DNA from: an uncultured Pelagibacteraceae bacterium
GTDB lineage: Bacteria; Pseudomonadota; Alphaproteobacteria; Pelagibacterales; AG-422-B15
Assembly: GCA_902578305.1 (NCBI GenBank)
Contig: CACHCK010000002.1
Span: forward strand, 3,907-67,906
Length of the DNA stretch: 64,000 nucleotides
Direction: 5' to 3'
A program made the position numbers and the translations under genes. A model generated the notes under the pieces. It saw only the letters and a program-made list of their open reading frames with translations, ran no database searches and had not been told where the DNA came from. This document shows, one piece after another, positions 19,166 through 28,156 of the stretch (positions are counted from its first letter, which is position 1; each line of letters begins with the position of its first letter).

Positions 19166-19599
19166 CCGTACTTTTTTTTCTCCCTAACCCAATCTTTTCT
19201 TTTTTTAGCATCTCTTTTATCATGTAGTTTTTTTCCTTTAGCAAGAGCGATTTCCAACTTTGCCTTACCTTTTTTATTGAAGTATATTTTTGTTGGGATC
19301 AAAGTAAGCGACTCTTTATTTAACTTTCCAATGATTTTTCTGATTTCTTTTTTATGTAAAAGTAATTTTCGTGGACGGTTTTCAACATGATTTAGATATG
19401 AAGCATTAGAATATTTTGAGAAATGTGAGTTTATTAAAAATATTTCACTATTATCTTCCCTTGCATATGACTCGGCTATCTCAACTCTTCCATTTCGAAG
19501 CGATTTTATCTCACTACCTTGTAGTTCAATTCCTACCTCAAATAATTCAACAAATGTATAATTATACTTTGCTTTTCTGTTTTGAACTGCTATTTGCAA
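19162..19599 (-). CDS. smpB: SsrA-binding protein
   Basis: 145 aa with NRKAKYNY, GSEIKSLR and a basic C-terminal tail. Confidence 0.95.
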   Translation of the reverse strand: MQIAVQNRKAKYNYTFVELFEVGIELQGSEIKSLRNGRVEIAESYAREDNSEIFLINSHFSKYSNASYLNHVENRPRKLLLHKKEIRKIIGKLNKESLTLIPTKIYFNKKGKAKLEIALAKGKKLHDKRDAKKRKDWVREKKKYG

Positions 19600-19601
19600 G
19601 G

Positions 19602-20474
19602 CTATATTAATGATGCGTGCTTCATAGCTTTATCAACTAATTGCTTAGTTTCATCTGATATACTTGTGAGTGGCAGTCTTATGTCATCTTTGCATATACC
19701 AAGCTTAGAAGCTGCATATTTTACTGGGGCAGGACTGGACTCAACAAATAAAGCATGATGCAACGGCATCAGTTTGTCATTTATCTCAGAAGCTTTAGCA
19801 AAATTTTGATCTAGACAATATTTCATAAATTCAGAACATAATTTTGGGGCGATATTAGACGTCACTGAAATAGAGCCGTGACCACCGTAAATCATAAAAG
19901 CTAACGTAGTTGCATCATCTCCTGTTAATTGGTTAAAATCTTCTCCTATTGTTGTTTTTGTTTCATAAACTCTTGGTATATCTGAAGTAGCATCCTTTAC
20001 TCCAACAATGTTTTTAATTTTAAACAAATCCCTCATTGTTTTTGTATTCATATCAACAATTGATCTGCCAGGAATATTATAAATAATAATTGGAAGTGTA
20101 GTTGCCTTACTAATTGCCTCGAAGTGTGAGTATAAACCATGTTGTGTAGGTTTATTATAATATGGTGTAACCACTAAAGCTCCATCAGCACCTGCTTTTT
20201 CAGCGTGCATCGTGAGATCGATTGCTTCGTCAGTATTGTTTGATCCTGTTCCTGCTATTACTGGTACACGTTTTGCTGTTTCTTCAACACATATCTCAAC
20301 TGCTAACTTGTGTTCTTCATGGCTTAAAGTTGGTGACTCGCCTGTTGTACCTACAGGAACCAATCCATGTATACCTTCTGATATTTGAAAATCTATCAGA
20401 GACCTAAATGATTTTTCATCAATAGATTTACCGTCAAAAGGCGTAATTAATGCTGTATGAGATCCTTTAAACAT
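19602..20474 (-). CDS. dapA: 4-hydroxy-tetrahydrodipicolinate synthase
   Basis: 290 aa with GTTGESPTLSHEEH and the Schiff-base Lys region VGVKDAT. Confidence 0.95.
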   Translation of the reverse strand: MFKGSHTALITPFDGKSIDEKSFRSLIDFQISEGIHGLVPVGTTGESPTLSHEEHKLAVEICVEETAKRVPVIAGTGSNNTDEAIDLTMHAEKAGADGALVVTPYYNKPTQHGLYSHFEAISKATTLPIIIYNIPGRSIVDMNTKTMRDLFKIKNIVGVKDATSDIPRVYETKTTIGEDFNQLTGDDATTLAFMIYGGHGSISVTSNIAPKLCSEFMKYCLDQNFAKASEINDKLMPLHHALFVESSPAPVKYAASKLGICKDDIRLPLTSISDETKQLVDKAMKHASLI

Positions 20475-20554
20475 TGTTTACAATAGCACTTTTAATTATT
20501 TAAAAAAACCTTAATCATAAATATACTTGTGCAAATAAAATAAATAACTATTTC

Positions 20555-22669
20555 GTGAAAAAATTAATCATTTTTGTAGTAAGTCTATTTTTTATTTCAG
20601 GAATATCTTCTTTTGGAGAAATAACGCCTGTAAAGAGAAGTCTATACATTGAATTGCCGGGACCTGGGTTCTCGATCCCAATAAAAAAACCAGTGCAGCC
20701 TGCACTCTCTCAATTATTGAGCAATAAAGACTATGAGTTATTTGAGTTAGCGCTAAACAAGGCGGATGAATATAGATGGGATCGAGTAGCTGGAATAAGT
20801 AGTAATATTAAAAATGAAACAGCAAAAGAAACACTAAACTGGCTAAAATATTATAATGGTGCAAATAATTTAACATTTTCTGATTACAGAACATATATTA
20901 AGAAAAGTTCAAATTGGCCTGAAATAGAAAAAATAAAACTTAAAGCTGAATCAAAAATTACATTTAGAGATAATTATGAAGATTTAATTGATTACTTTAG
21001 CGATAATCCTCCTGAAACGGGCTGGGGTCGAATTTATCTAGGTAATGCACTTCTAAACAGCGGCAAATCTGAAGAAGGAAAGAGTCTTATTATTGATGGC
21101 TATATCGATGGTAGCTTTACTAGAAAAGAACAATCTCAAATCATAAAAACTTATAAAAATATTTTAAACAAAGATCATCATCTCAGAAGAATAAATAAAT
21201 TACTGTGGGACGGAAAATATAGGACCGCAGCCAGATTGGTAAAATATGTTGATAAAGATTATCAAAAACTATTTGAAGCCAGGATAGGATTAATATCATT
21301 TGCGGGTGGTGTAGATAATTTAATAAAGCTGGTACCAGATGAATTGAAAAATGATCCTGGGCTTGTTTATGATCGAATCAATTGGCGAATAAAAAAAAGA
21401 AAGTATGATAGTGCGCTAGTATTATTATTAGATATCAACAAATCAAATTCAAGTGAGTTAGTTCGCCCAGACAAATTTTGGGATAAAAAAAGTTTTCTTA
21501 TTAGGCGTTTAATTGACCGTCATGAATATGAAACTGCATACGCGCTTGCCATAAATCACGGTTTGAATGAAAGTAAAGATATTGCTGAGGCTGAGTGGTT
21601 AGCTGGTTGGATAGCTCTTACTTTTTTAGCTAATCCAGAATCAGCCTATCTTCATTTTCAAGAAATTTGGAATGTTTCATCAAGACCAATCTCAAAAGCA
21701 AGAGCCGCCTATTGGATGGCAAATGCATTAGAGGAAGTTGGTAGTTTTACAGAGTCGCAAAGCTGGTATGAAACGGCTTCTTTGTACAGTCTTACCTTTT
21801 ACGGTCAGCTCGCTGCGAGCAAATTATCAGAAAAGAAATTATTTAAACCATTACTTGTAGAGTATTCCGATGCTAACAACACTGATTATAAAGAAAATCG
21901 ACCAGTTTATTTATCAATATCTTTATTAAATGAATTTGATAGACCTAAATTGGTTAAAAAATTTATTTGGGATCTTGCTGATCGTAACAATCTTAGTACT
22001 TCTGTAAATTCTGTCAAAACTGCAAATGAAATAGGTAGACATGATTTTGCAGTTCAAGCAGGTAAAATTTTATATTATAACCACACAATTCTTGACCCTC
22101 TAAGCTTTCCTCAAATTGAAAGACCTGAATTTGGAAAAATTATTTTTCCAGAACAAAGTCTAATACATTCTGTAACAAGACAAGAGAGTCAGTTTGATCC
22201 TAAAGCTGGAAGTTATGCAGGAGCTAAAGGATTAATGCAACTTATGCCATATACTGCAAAAAGGATCTCAAAAGGTTTAAAGCTTGAATATACAAAGAGT
22301 AAATTAACTGAAGATCCAAAGTATAATGTAATTTTAGGAAGTGCTTATTTAGATAAATTACTCTCAAACTACAATGGCTCATACATTTTGTCTCTTGCAG
22401 CTTATAATGCGGGTGAATCACGAGTTTCCAGATGGATAAAAAAATATGGGGATCCAAGAAAAGATGATATTACAAGTGAAAATTGGATAGAGTTGATACC
22501 TTTCAAAGAAACAAGAAACTATGTTCAAAGAGTAATGGAAAATATTCAAGTATATGAATTTATTGAGAATGGATTGAAACCAATTGAGTACACTTTATCT
22601 AATAATCTCAATCGTGCTTATGTTGGAGGAAATACCTTAATTAAACCAAGTAAGAGAAAAGAATCGTAA
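20555..22669 (+). CDS. slt: soluble lytic murein transglycosylase (Slt70-like)
   Basis: 704 aa starting at GTG. It has an N-terminal signal peptide (KKLIIFVVSLFFISGISSFG), a superhelical U-domain and a C-terminal SLT domain (ESQFDPKA...GLMQLMP...AAYNAG). Confidence 0.9.
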   Translation: MKKLIIFVVSLFFISGISSFGEITPVKRSLYIELPGPGFSIPIKKPVQPALSQLLSNKDYELFELALNKADEYRWDRVAGISSNIKNETAKETLNWLKYYNGANNLTFSDYRTYIKKSSNWPEIEKIKLKAESKITFRDNYEDLIDYFSDNPPETGWGRIYLGNALLNSGKSEEGKSLIIDGYIDGSFTRKEQSQIIKTYKNILNKDHHLRRINKLLWDGKYRTAARLVKYVDKDYQKLFEARIGLISFAGGVDNLIKLVPDELKNDPGLVYDRINWRIKKRKYDSALVLLLDINKSNSSELVRPDKFWDKKSFLIRRLIDRHEYETAYALAINHGLNESKDIAEAEWLAGWIALTFLANPESAYLHFQEIWNVSSRPISKARAAYWMANALEEVGSFTESQSWYETASLYSLTFYGQLAASKLSEKKLFKPLLVEYSDANNTDYKENRPVYLSISLLNEFDRPKLVKKFIWDLADRNNLSTSVNSVKTANEIGRHDFAVQAGKILYYNHTILDPLSFPQIERPEFGKIIFPEQSLIHSVTRQESQFDPKAGSYAGAKGLMQLMPYTAKRISKGLKLEYTKSKLTEDPKYNVILGSAYLDKLLSNYNGSYILSLAAYNAGESRVSRWIKKYGDPRKDDITSENWIELIPFKETRNYVQRVMENIQVYEFIENGLKPIEYTLSNNLNRAYVGGNTLIKPSKRKES

Positions 22670-22680
22670 TAATAGTAGTG

Positions 22681-22774
22681 TGGCGGAGAGAGAGGGATTC
22701 GAACCCTCGGTACGGGTATAAGCCCGCACAACTCCTTAGCAGGGAGCCGGTTTCAACCACTCACCCATCTCTCC
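22681..22774 (-). tRNA. tRNA-Ser (anticodon GCU), CCA encoded
   Basis: The reverse complement reads GGAGAGA-TG-GGT-GAGTGGTTGAA-ACC-G-GCTCC-CTGCTAA-GGAGT-(long variable arm GTGCGGGCTTATACCCGTAC)-C-GAGGG-TTCGAAT-CCCTC-TCTCTCC-G-CCA. The cloverleaf folds by hand, and the long variable arm is typical of Ser. Confidence 0.95.
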
Positions 22775-22822
22775 ACACATAGTTTTAATATATCAAATTT
22801 ATATTGATTAAAAGAAATTACT

Positions 22823-24253
22823 TTATTGTGATAACTTTTTCTTAATAAGGTCATTAACTATTTTTGGATTAGCTTTACCTTTAGAAAGTTTCATGGCCTC
22901 ACCAACAAAAAAACCGAAAAGTTTATCCTTTCCATTTTTATATTTCTTAACGTTTTCTAGATTTGAATTTAATACGTTATCAACTAGGCTTTCTATTTCA
23001 TTTTCATCACTAATTTGGGATAAACCTTTTTCATCAATAATTTCAGACGCACCTTTGCCACTTTCACACATTTCCTCCAACACTTCCTTTGCTTGACGGT
23101 TTGAAATCTTGCCATTTTCGATGTTATCAACCAATTCACCAAGTTGTTTTGAAGTAATAGGACTATCCTCTATAATAAGATTTTTTTTATTAAGTATTGA
23201 AAATAATTCGCCAGTAACCCATGTTGTTACAAGTTTTGGATTCCTGTTCTTTACAACGTCTTCGAAATATTCACTTGTTGCTTTGTCTGAAACAATAATA
23301 TTTGCGTCATAAGAACTAAGAGAATATTCATTAATAAATCTCTCTTTTATTTGATCTGGCAATTCTGGTATTGAGTCTTGTAAACCTTTAATCCAGTCAT
23401 CATCCAAAGTGAGTGGCAAAAGGTCTGGATCAGGAAAATATCGATAATCATGAGCATCTTCTTTTGACCTCATTGATCTTGTTTCACCAGACTGCGTATT
23501 AAATAATCTTGTTTCTTGATTTACACTTTCTCCTTGCTCAATAAGTTTTATTTGTCTTTTTGCTTCATAAACGATAGCTGCATGAATAAATTTAAATGAG
23601 TTTAAGTTTTTGATCTCGCACCTTGTACCTAATTCATTTCCTGGCTTGTTTACAGAAACATTTACATCGGCTCTTAGAGATCCTTGTTCCATATTTCCAT
23701 CACATGTACCAAGATACCTTAAAATACTTCTAACTTTTCGAACATATTCAACAGCCTCCTCTGGTGAGTTCATATCTGGTTTAGATACAATTTCCATTAA
23801 GGCAATTCCTGAACGATTCAAGTCAACAAAAGTGAAGTTTGGATCCTGATCGTGCAAACTTTTACCTGCATCTTGTTCTAAATGAAGTCTTTCAACTCCT
23901 ATTTTCTTTTGACCGTTTTCAGTTTCTATTTCAACAAATCCTTCTCCCACTATTGGGTCCTTATACTGAGATATCTGGTAGCCTTGTGGTAAGTCTTGAT
24001 AAAAATAATTCTTACGATCAAAAATAGATTTTTTATTTATTTTTGCATTTAATCCAATCCCTGACTTAACGGCTTGCTCAATACAAAATTTATTAATTAC
24101 AGGCAACATACCTGGCATTGCTGCATCAATTAGACTGACTTGACTATTAGGTTTAGATCCAAAATCGGTTGGTGATGATGAAAATAATTTAGATTTTGAA
24201 TTAACTTGAGCATGAATCTCTATTCCAATAACTAAATTCCAACCCTCTATCAT
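22823..24253 (-). CDS. gatB: Asp-tRNA(Asn)/Glu-tRNA(Gln) amidotransferase subunit B
   Basis: 476 aa with the GatB N-terminus WNLVIGIEIHAQV and a C-terminal YqeY-like tail. It overlaps gatA by 4 nt. Confidence 0.96.
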   Translation of the reverse strand: MIEGWNLVIGIEIHAQVNSKSKLFSSSPTDFGSKPNSQVSLIDAAMPGMLPVINKFCIEQAVKSGIGLNAKINKKSIFDRKNYFYQDLPQGYQISQYKDPIVGEGFVEIETENGQKKIGVERLHLEQDAGKSLHDQDPNFTFVDLNRSGIALMEIVSKPDMNSPEEAVEYVRKVRSILRYLGTCDGNMEQGSLRADVNVSVNKPGNELGTRCEIKNLNSFKFIHAAIVYEAKRQIKLIEQGESVNQETRLFNTQSGETRSMRSKEDAHDYRYFPDPDLLPLTLDDDWIKGLQDSIPELPDQIKERFINEYSLSSYDANIIVSDKATSEYFEDVVKNRNPKLVTTWVTGELFSILNKKNLIIEDSPITSKQLGELVDNIENGKISNRQAKEVLEEMCESGKGASEIIDEKGLSQISDENEIESLVDNVLNSNLENVKKYKNGKDKLFGFFVGEAMKLSKGKANPKIVNDLIKKKLSQ

Positions 24254-25725
24254 TTAAACCACCATTTTTCTGGAGTTTCTGAATAGTTAATAGTTTCCTC
24301 TATATTTCTAGCAACATTGAGTAATTTTTGTTCTTCAAATGAATTTGTTATCAATTGTAAGCCAATTGGCAAATTATTTTCGTCATTTGCGAAGGGAATT
24401 GATATGCCTGGTAAACCTGCTAGATTTACAGGAACAGTAAAAATGTCATTTAGATAGTTTTGTACTGGATCAGATGGCTCATTTGCAATTTCAAATGCTG
24501 TTGAAGGTGTTGAAGGAGTGAGAATTGCATCAACTTTTTTAAAAGCTTCAACGTAATCACTTTTTATTAATGATCTAATCTTTTGAGCTTTAATATAATA
24601 AGCATCATAATACCCTGATGACAACACAAATGTACCAATTAATATTCTTCTCTTTACTTCATCGCCAAATCCTTCTGATCTCGTTTTTTCATACATATCA
24701 ATGAGATCATTCCCTTTAACTCTGAGCCCGTATCTCACTCCATCATAGCGAGCTAAATTTGATGAAGCTTCTGCAGGTGCAATAATATAGTAAGCAGGTA
24801 AAGCGCTCATTGTATGAGGTAAGCTAATATCTAATATTTCTGCTCCATTCGTCTTTAGTAGATCTGCACACTCATCCCAGCTTTTTTGAGTACTAGCTGG
24901 AAGCTTGTCGCTTCTAAATTCTTTTGGGATTCCAATCTTCATACCTTTTATGTCTGGGTTTAAATTTTCATAATAATTTTCTTTTGGATTAACCGAAGAA
25001 GTTGAGTCCTTTTCATCGTGACCCGATATAATGTCTAATAAGATTGCAGCGTCTTCAACGGTTTTTGTAATTGGTCCTGCTTGATCTAATGAAGAGGCAA
25101 ATGCAATTATTCCCCACCTGGATACTCTTCCATATGAAGGTTTCAAACCAACGGTACCTGTAAAAGAAGCTGGCTGTCTAATCGAGCCTCCAGTATCTGT
25201 TCCAAGGGAGGCTACACAAAGATCACCTGAAACTGCTGCTGCTGATCCCCCAGATGAACCTCCTGGAACAAGCTCATTATCAGAATTTAGAGACTTCCAT
25301 GGATTCTTAACCGAACCAAAAAAACTAGTTTTATTGGTTGAACCCATTGCAAATTCATCACAATTAAGTTTTCCCAAACTAATCAGACCTGCTTCACCAC
25401 ACTTTTGAGTTACTGTAGACTCATAATTTGGAATAAAATTTGATAGAATTCTACTTGATGCAGTTGTTGTCACGCCCTTTGTGCAAAACAAATCTTTTAT
25501 TCCAATTGGAATTCCGTCGTACTTGCTTCTAAGATTTTGACTTTTTCTTCTTTCGTCAGACTTTTCAGCATCAATGAGAGCTTTCTCTTGTGATATAGTA
25601 TTATAGCAATTTAATTCTTTACCACTTTCTATATTTTTCAAATACTCTGAAGTTACTTCTTTAGAAGATATTTTATTATTTTCTAAAAGAACTGCCAGCG
25701 ATTTTAATGTATGACTATCTTTCAT
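24250..25725 (-). CDS. gatA: Asp-tRNA(Asn)/Glu-tRNA(Gln) amidotransferase subunit A
   Basis: 491 aa with the amidase signature GGSSGGSAAAV and GTDTGGSIRQPA. Confidence 0.96.
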   Translation of the reverse strand: MKDSHTLKSLAVLLENNKISSKEVTSEYLKNIESGKELNCYNTISQEKALIDAEKSDERRKSQNLRSKYDGIPIGIKDLFCTKGVTTTASSRILSNFIPNYESTVTQKCGEAGLISLGKLNCDEFAMGSTNKTSFFGSVKNPWKSLNSDNELVPGGSSGGSAAAVSGDLCVASLGTDTGGSIRQPASFTGTVGLKPSYGRVSRWGIIAFASSLDQAGPITKTVEDAAILLDIISGHDEKDSTSSVNPKENYYENLNPDIKGMKIGIPKEFRSDKLPASTQKSWDECADLLKTNGAEILDISLPHTMSALPAYYIIAPAEASSNLARYDGVRYGLRVKGNDLIDMYEKTRSEGFGDEVKRRILIGTFVLSSGYYDAYYIKAQKIRSLIKSDYVEAFKKVDAILTPSTPSTAFEIANEPSDPVQNYLNDIFTVPVNLAGLPGISIPFANDENNLPIGLQLITNSFEEQKLLNVARNIEETINYSETPEKWWFK

Positions 25726-26012
25726 TATTCGATCACTTTTGGAACAACAAAGAAGTCCATTTCTTTTTCAGGTGCATTTTCTAGTACATCTTCAGTACTA
25801 TTTTTATTATCTACTTTATCATCTCTAACTTCTAATTTTTGATTAAGGGAATTAGATGTCGGATCAACTTGATCAGTTTTAATTTCTTTTAACTGATCAA
25901 CAAATTCTAAGATTGAGTTAAGATCCTTACTAAGATTATTGAGTTTATCTTCACTGATTGAAATTCTTGCTAACTTACCAAGCTTTAAAAGACTTTTCTT
26001 ATCAAATTCCAT
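25725..26012 (-). CDS. gatC: Asp-tRNA(Asn)/Glu-tRNA(Gln) amidotransferase subunit C
   Basis: 95 aa immediately upstream of gatA with a 1-nt overlap. LAR(I/L)S...L..IL..V motifs are consistent with GatC. Confidence 0.9.
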   Translation of the reverse strand: MEFDKKSLLKLGKLARISISEDKLNNLSKDLNSILEFVDQLKEIKTDQVDPTSNSLNQKLEVRDDKVDNKNSTEDVLENAPEKEMDFFVVPKVIE

Positions 26013-26043
26013 GTTTATAAGAGGTACTAACTTAAATTAATGT

Positions 26044-26553
26044 ATGATATACAGTCAAAAAATGACTAATGAAACAAAAAAAGAAGTAGATATAACAGAA
26101 TTTAAGTCATTAGCGGAAAGTAACCATAAAATTCTGGGATTGGATATTGGTAGTAAAAGAATTGGAGTCGCAATTTCTACATCAGATATGACAGGGGCTC
26201 TACCATTAAGAACTATTAAATATTCAAACATGAAAGACTTTTTAAAAGAATTAAATGAGCTAGTTAAACTTCACGACGTAAAAGCCCTCGTCATTGGACT
26301 GCCATTAAATATGGATGGAAGTGAGGGAAAAAGTGCTCAATCAATTCGTGATAAATCAAGAGCTATAAATTTGTCTTTGAATATTCCCTATTCTTTTTGG
26401 GATGAAAGACTTTCTACTGTTGCTGTGGACAAGTTATATACAGATAATTCTAAAAACAGAAAAAAAGCCCATAATCAAAAAAAAGAAATTGATAGTCTCG
26501 CTTCAGCATTTATCTTGGAAGGTGCATTAAATTATATTAAAAGAATGAATTAA
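26044..26553 (+). CDS. ruvX: putative pre-16S rRNA nuclease / Holliday-junction resolvase-like YqgF
   Basis: 169 aa with ILGLDIGSKRIGVAIS and GLPLNMDGSEG. The true start could be the internal Met at codon 7. Confidence 0.88.
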   Translation: MIYSQKMTNETKKEVDITEFKSLAESNHKILGLDIGSKRIGVAISTSDMTGALPLRTIKYSNMKDFLKELNELVKLHDVKALVIGLPLNMDGSEGKSAQSIRDKSRAINLSLNIPYSFWDERLSTVAVDKLYTDNSKNRKKAHNQKKEIDSLASAFILEGALNYIKRMN

Positions 26554-27491
26554 TGCTTGAAAACATTAAAATCCCTAAAATCTCTCAAGCCCATCTGCAT
26601 GGCATAAAAAATCTCAGCATTGAGGATATAAATAATATTTTAGAACTCAGTAAAATTTTCAAAGAGCACAACAGGGAAAAGGATAAAAAAATACCGATCT
26701 TAAAAGGTAGAACAATTATAAATCTTTTTTTTGAACCCTCTACAAGAACACTAATCTCTTTTGAAATAGCTGCTAAAAGATTAGGCGCTGATGTAATTAA
26801 TATGAATATTGAAGGATCTTCATTAAGAAAAGGTGAAAGTTTATTTGATACCGCTCAAACTTTAGGAGCAATGAACCCTGATCTTGTAATTATCAGACAT
26901 GGAGAAAATGATGCCTCAAAAGAAATTGCTAAAATATTAGAATGTCCTGTTATAAATGCTGGAGAAGGTGTTAATGAACACCCCACACAAGCATTGCTTG
27001 ATGCTTATACAATCATGAATCACAATCGAAAGCTTAATAATATCACAGTTTCAATATGTGGTGATCTTGAACATAGTCGAGTAGCAAGGTCAAACTACTA
27101 TCTTCTTAATAAAATGAAATCAAAAGTTAGATTCGTATTTCCTGATTATTTTAAACCAAAAGATTTAGATAAATATGATGTTGAAACGTTCACAAATTTA
27201 GAAGAAGGCATAAAAGATGCTGATATAGTGATGATGCTTAGAATCCAAAATGAAAGAATAAAAGATTTAAATCTTCCATCAGCAGACGATTATTTTAGAA
27301 GTTTTGGACTTACTTATGAAAAGTTAAAATCAGCAAAGCCTGAAGTACTAGTGCTTCACCCTGGCCCAATAAATCGAGGTGTAGAAATAGAGAATGAACT
27401 AGCTGATGATGTAAACAAATCAGTGATAACTGAACAGGTTGAAAATGGAGTAGCTGTTCGGATGGCTTGTTTGTCAATTATGGTAAAATGA
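26553..27491 (+). CDS. pyrB: aspartate carbamoyltransferase catalytic subunit
   Basis: 312 aa with STRTLISFE (carbamoyl-phosphate site), HPTQALLD and HPGP. Confidence 0.95.
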   Translation: MLENIKIPKISQAHLHGIKNLSIEDINNILELSKIFKEHNREKDKKIPILKGRTIINLFFEPSTRTLISFEIAAKRLGADVINMNIEGSSLRKGESLFDTAQTLGAMNPDLVIIRHGENDASKEIAKILECPVINAGEGVNEHPTQALLDAYTIMNHNRKLNNITVSICGDLEHSRVARSNYYLLNKMKSKVRFVFPDYFKPKDLDKYDVETFTNLEEGIKDADIVMMLRIQNERIKDLNLPSADDYFRSFGLTYEKLKSAKPEVLVLHPGPINRGVEIENELADDVNKSVITEQVENGVAVRMACLSIMVK

Positions 27492-28069
27492 TATTCGAGA
27501 TAATTTTAATAATTTACTTTTCCTACCTTCTAGGATCAATCCCAACTGGTATTTTGGTATCAAGGTTATTCAATTTAGGGGAGCTTAAAAGTATTGGCTC
27601 AGGAAATATTGGGGCTACGAACGTATTAAGAACAGGAAACTTTTCAGCTGCAGGAATTACACTATTAATTGATTTTTTTAAAGCGTTAATACCAATAACC
27701 CTTACTCTGGCAATCAATGATAATTTACTTTTTATTTCTGGAACTTTTATTCTATTTGGTCATATATTTCCTATATGGCTTGATGATTTAAAAGGAGGTA
27801 AAGGATATGCTTCTTTTATGGGAATTATATTTGCAATTAACTTTTATTTATTTTTAACTCTTGGAGTAAGTTGGATTATAATATTTGTAATTTATAGATA
27901 TTCGTCACTAGCAAGTTTGCTTTCCGCAAATTTAATTTCGTTAATTTCATTATTTTATTTTGATTTCAATGTTTCTTTTATGTGTTTAATTATAAATCTA
28001 ATTATGATCTTTTCTCATCATGAAAATATAAATCGCTTATTAAGGCGTGAAGAAAAGAAATTGTATTAA
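27488..28069 (+). CDS. plsY: glycerol-3-phosphate acyltransferase PlsY
   Basis: It has GSGNIGATNVLRTG and a multi-TM profile. I place the start at the ATG at 27488, which forms an ATGA overlap with the pyrB stop, rather than at the track's 27467 start, which adds an out-of-family MFVNYGK extension. Confidence 0.9.
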   Translation: MIFEIILIIYFSYLLGSIPTGILVSRLFNLGELKSIGSGNIGATNVLRTGNFSAAGITLLIDFFKALIPITLTLAINDNLLFISGTFILFGHIFPIWLDDLKGGKGYASFMGIIFAINFYLFLTLGVSWIIIFVIYRYSSLASLLSANLISLISLFYFDFNVSFMCLIINLIMIFSHHENINRLLRREEKKLY

Positions 28070-28110
28070 GCCTTATATTCTGCCAATTATAAAATATTTT
28101 TTGTGAAAAT

Positions 28111-28137
28111 TTGACAAAGCTGACAAAAATATATTAA
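28111..28137 (+). promoter_or_regulatory. weak candidate promoter upstream of topA
   Basis: A consensus -35 TTGACA lies at 28111-28116. The best -10 is only TATTAA (28132-28137), with a sub-optimal 15-nt spacer. Confidence 0.15.
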
Positions 28138-28156
28138 AGAGCGCGTTTATAAGGAT

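Noticed and set aside
28112-28127. A direct repeat TGACAAA-N2-TGACAAA upstream of topA, considered as a possible operator.
   Set aside because: It is a short A-rich repeat with only two copies and no dyad symmetry, which is not distinguishable from chance here.
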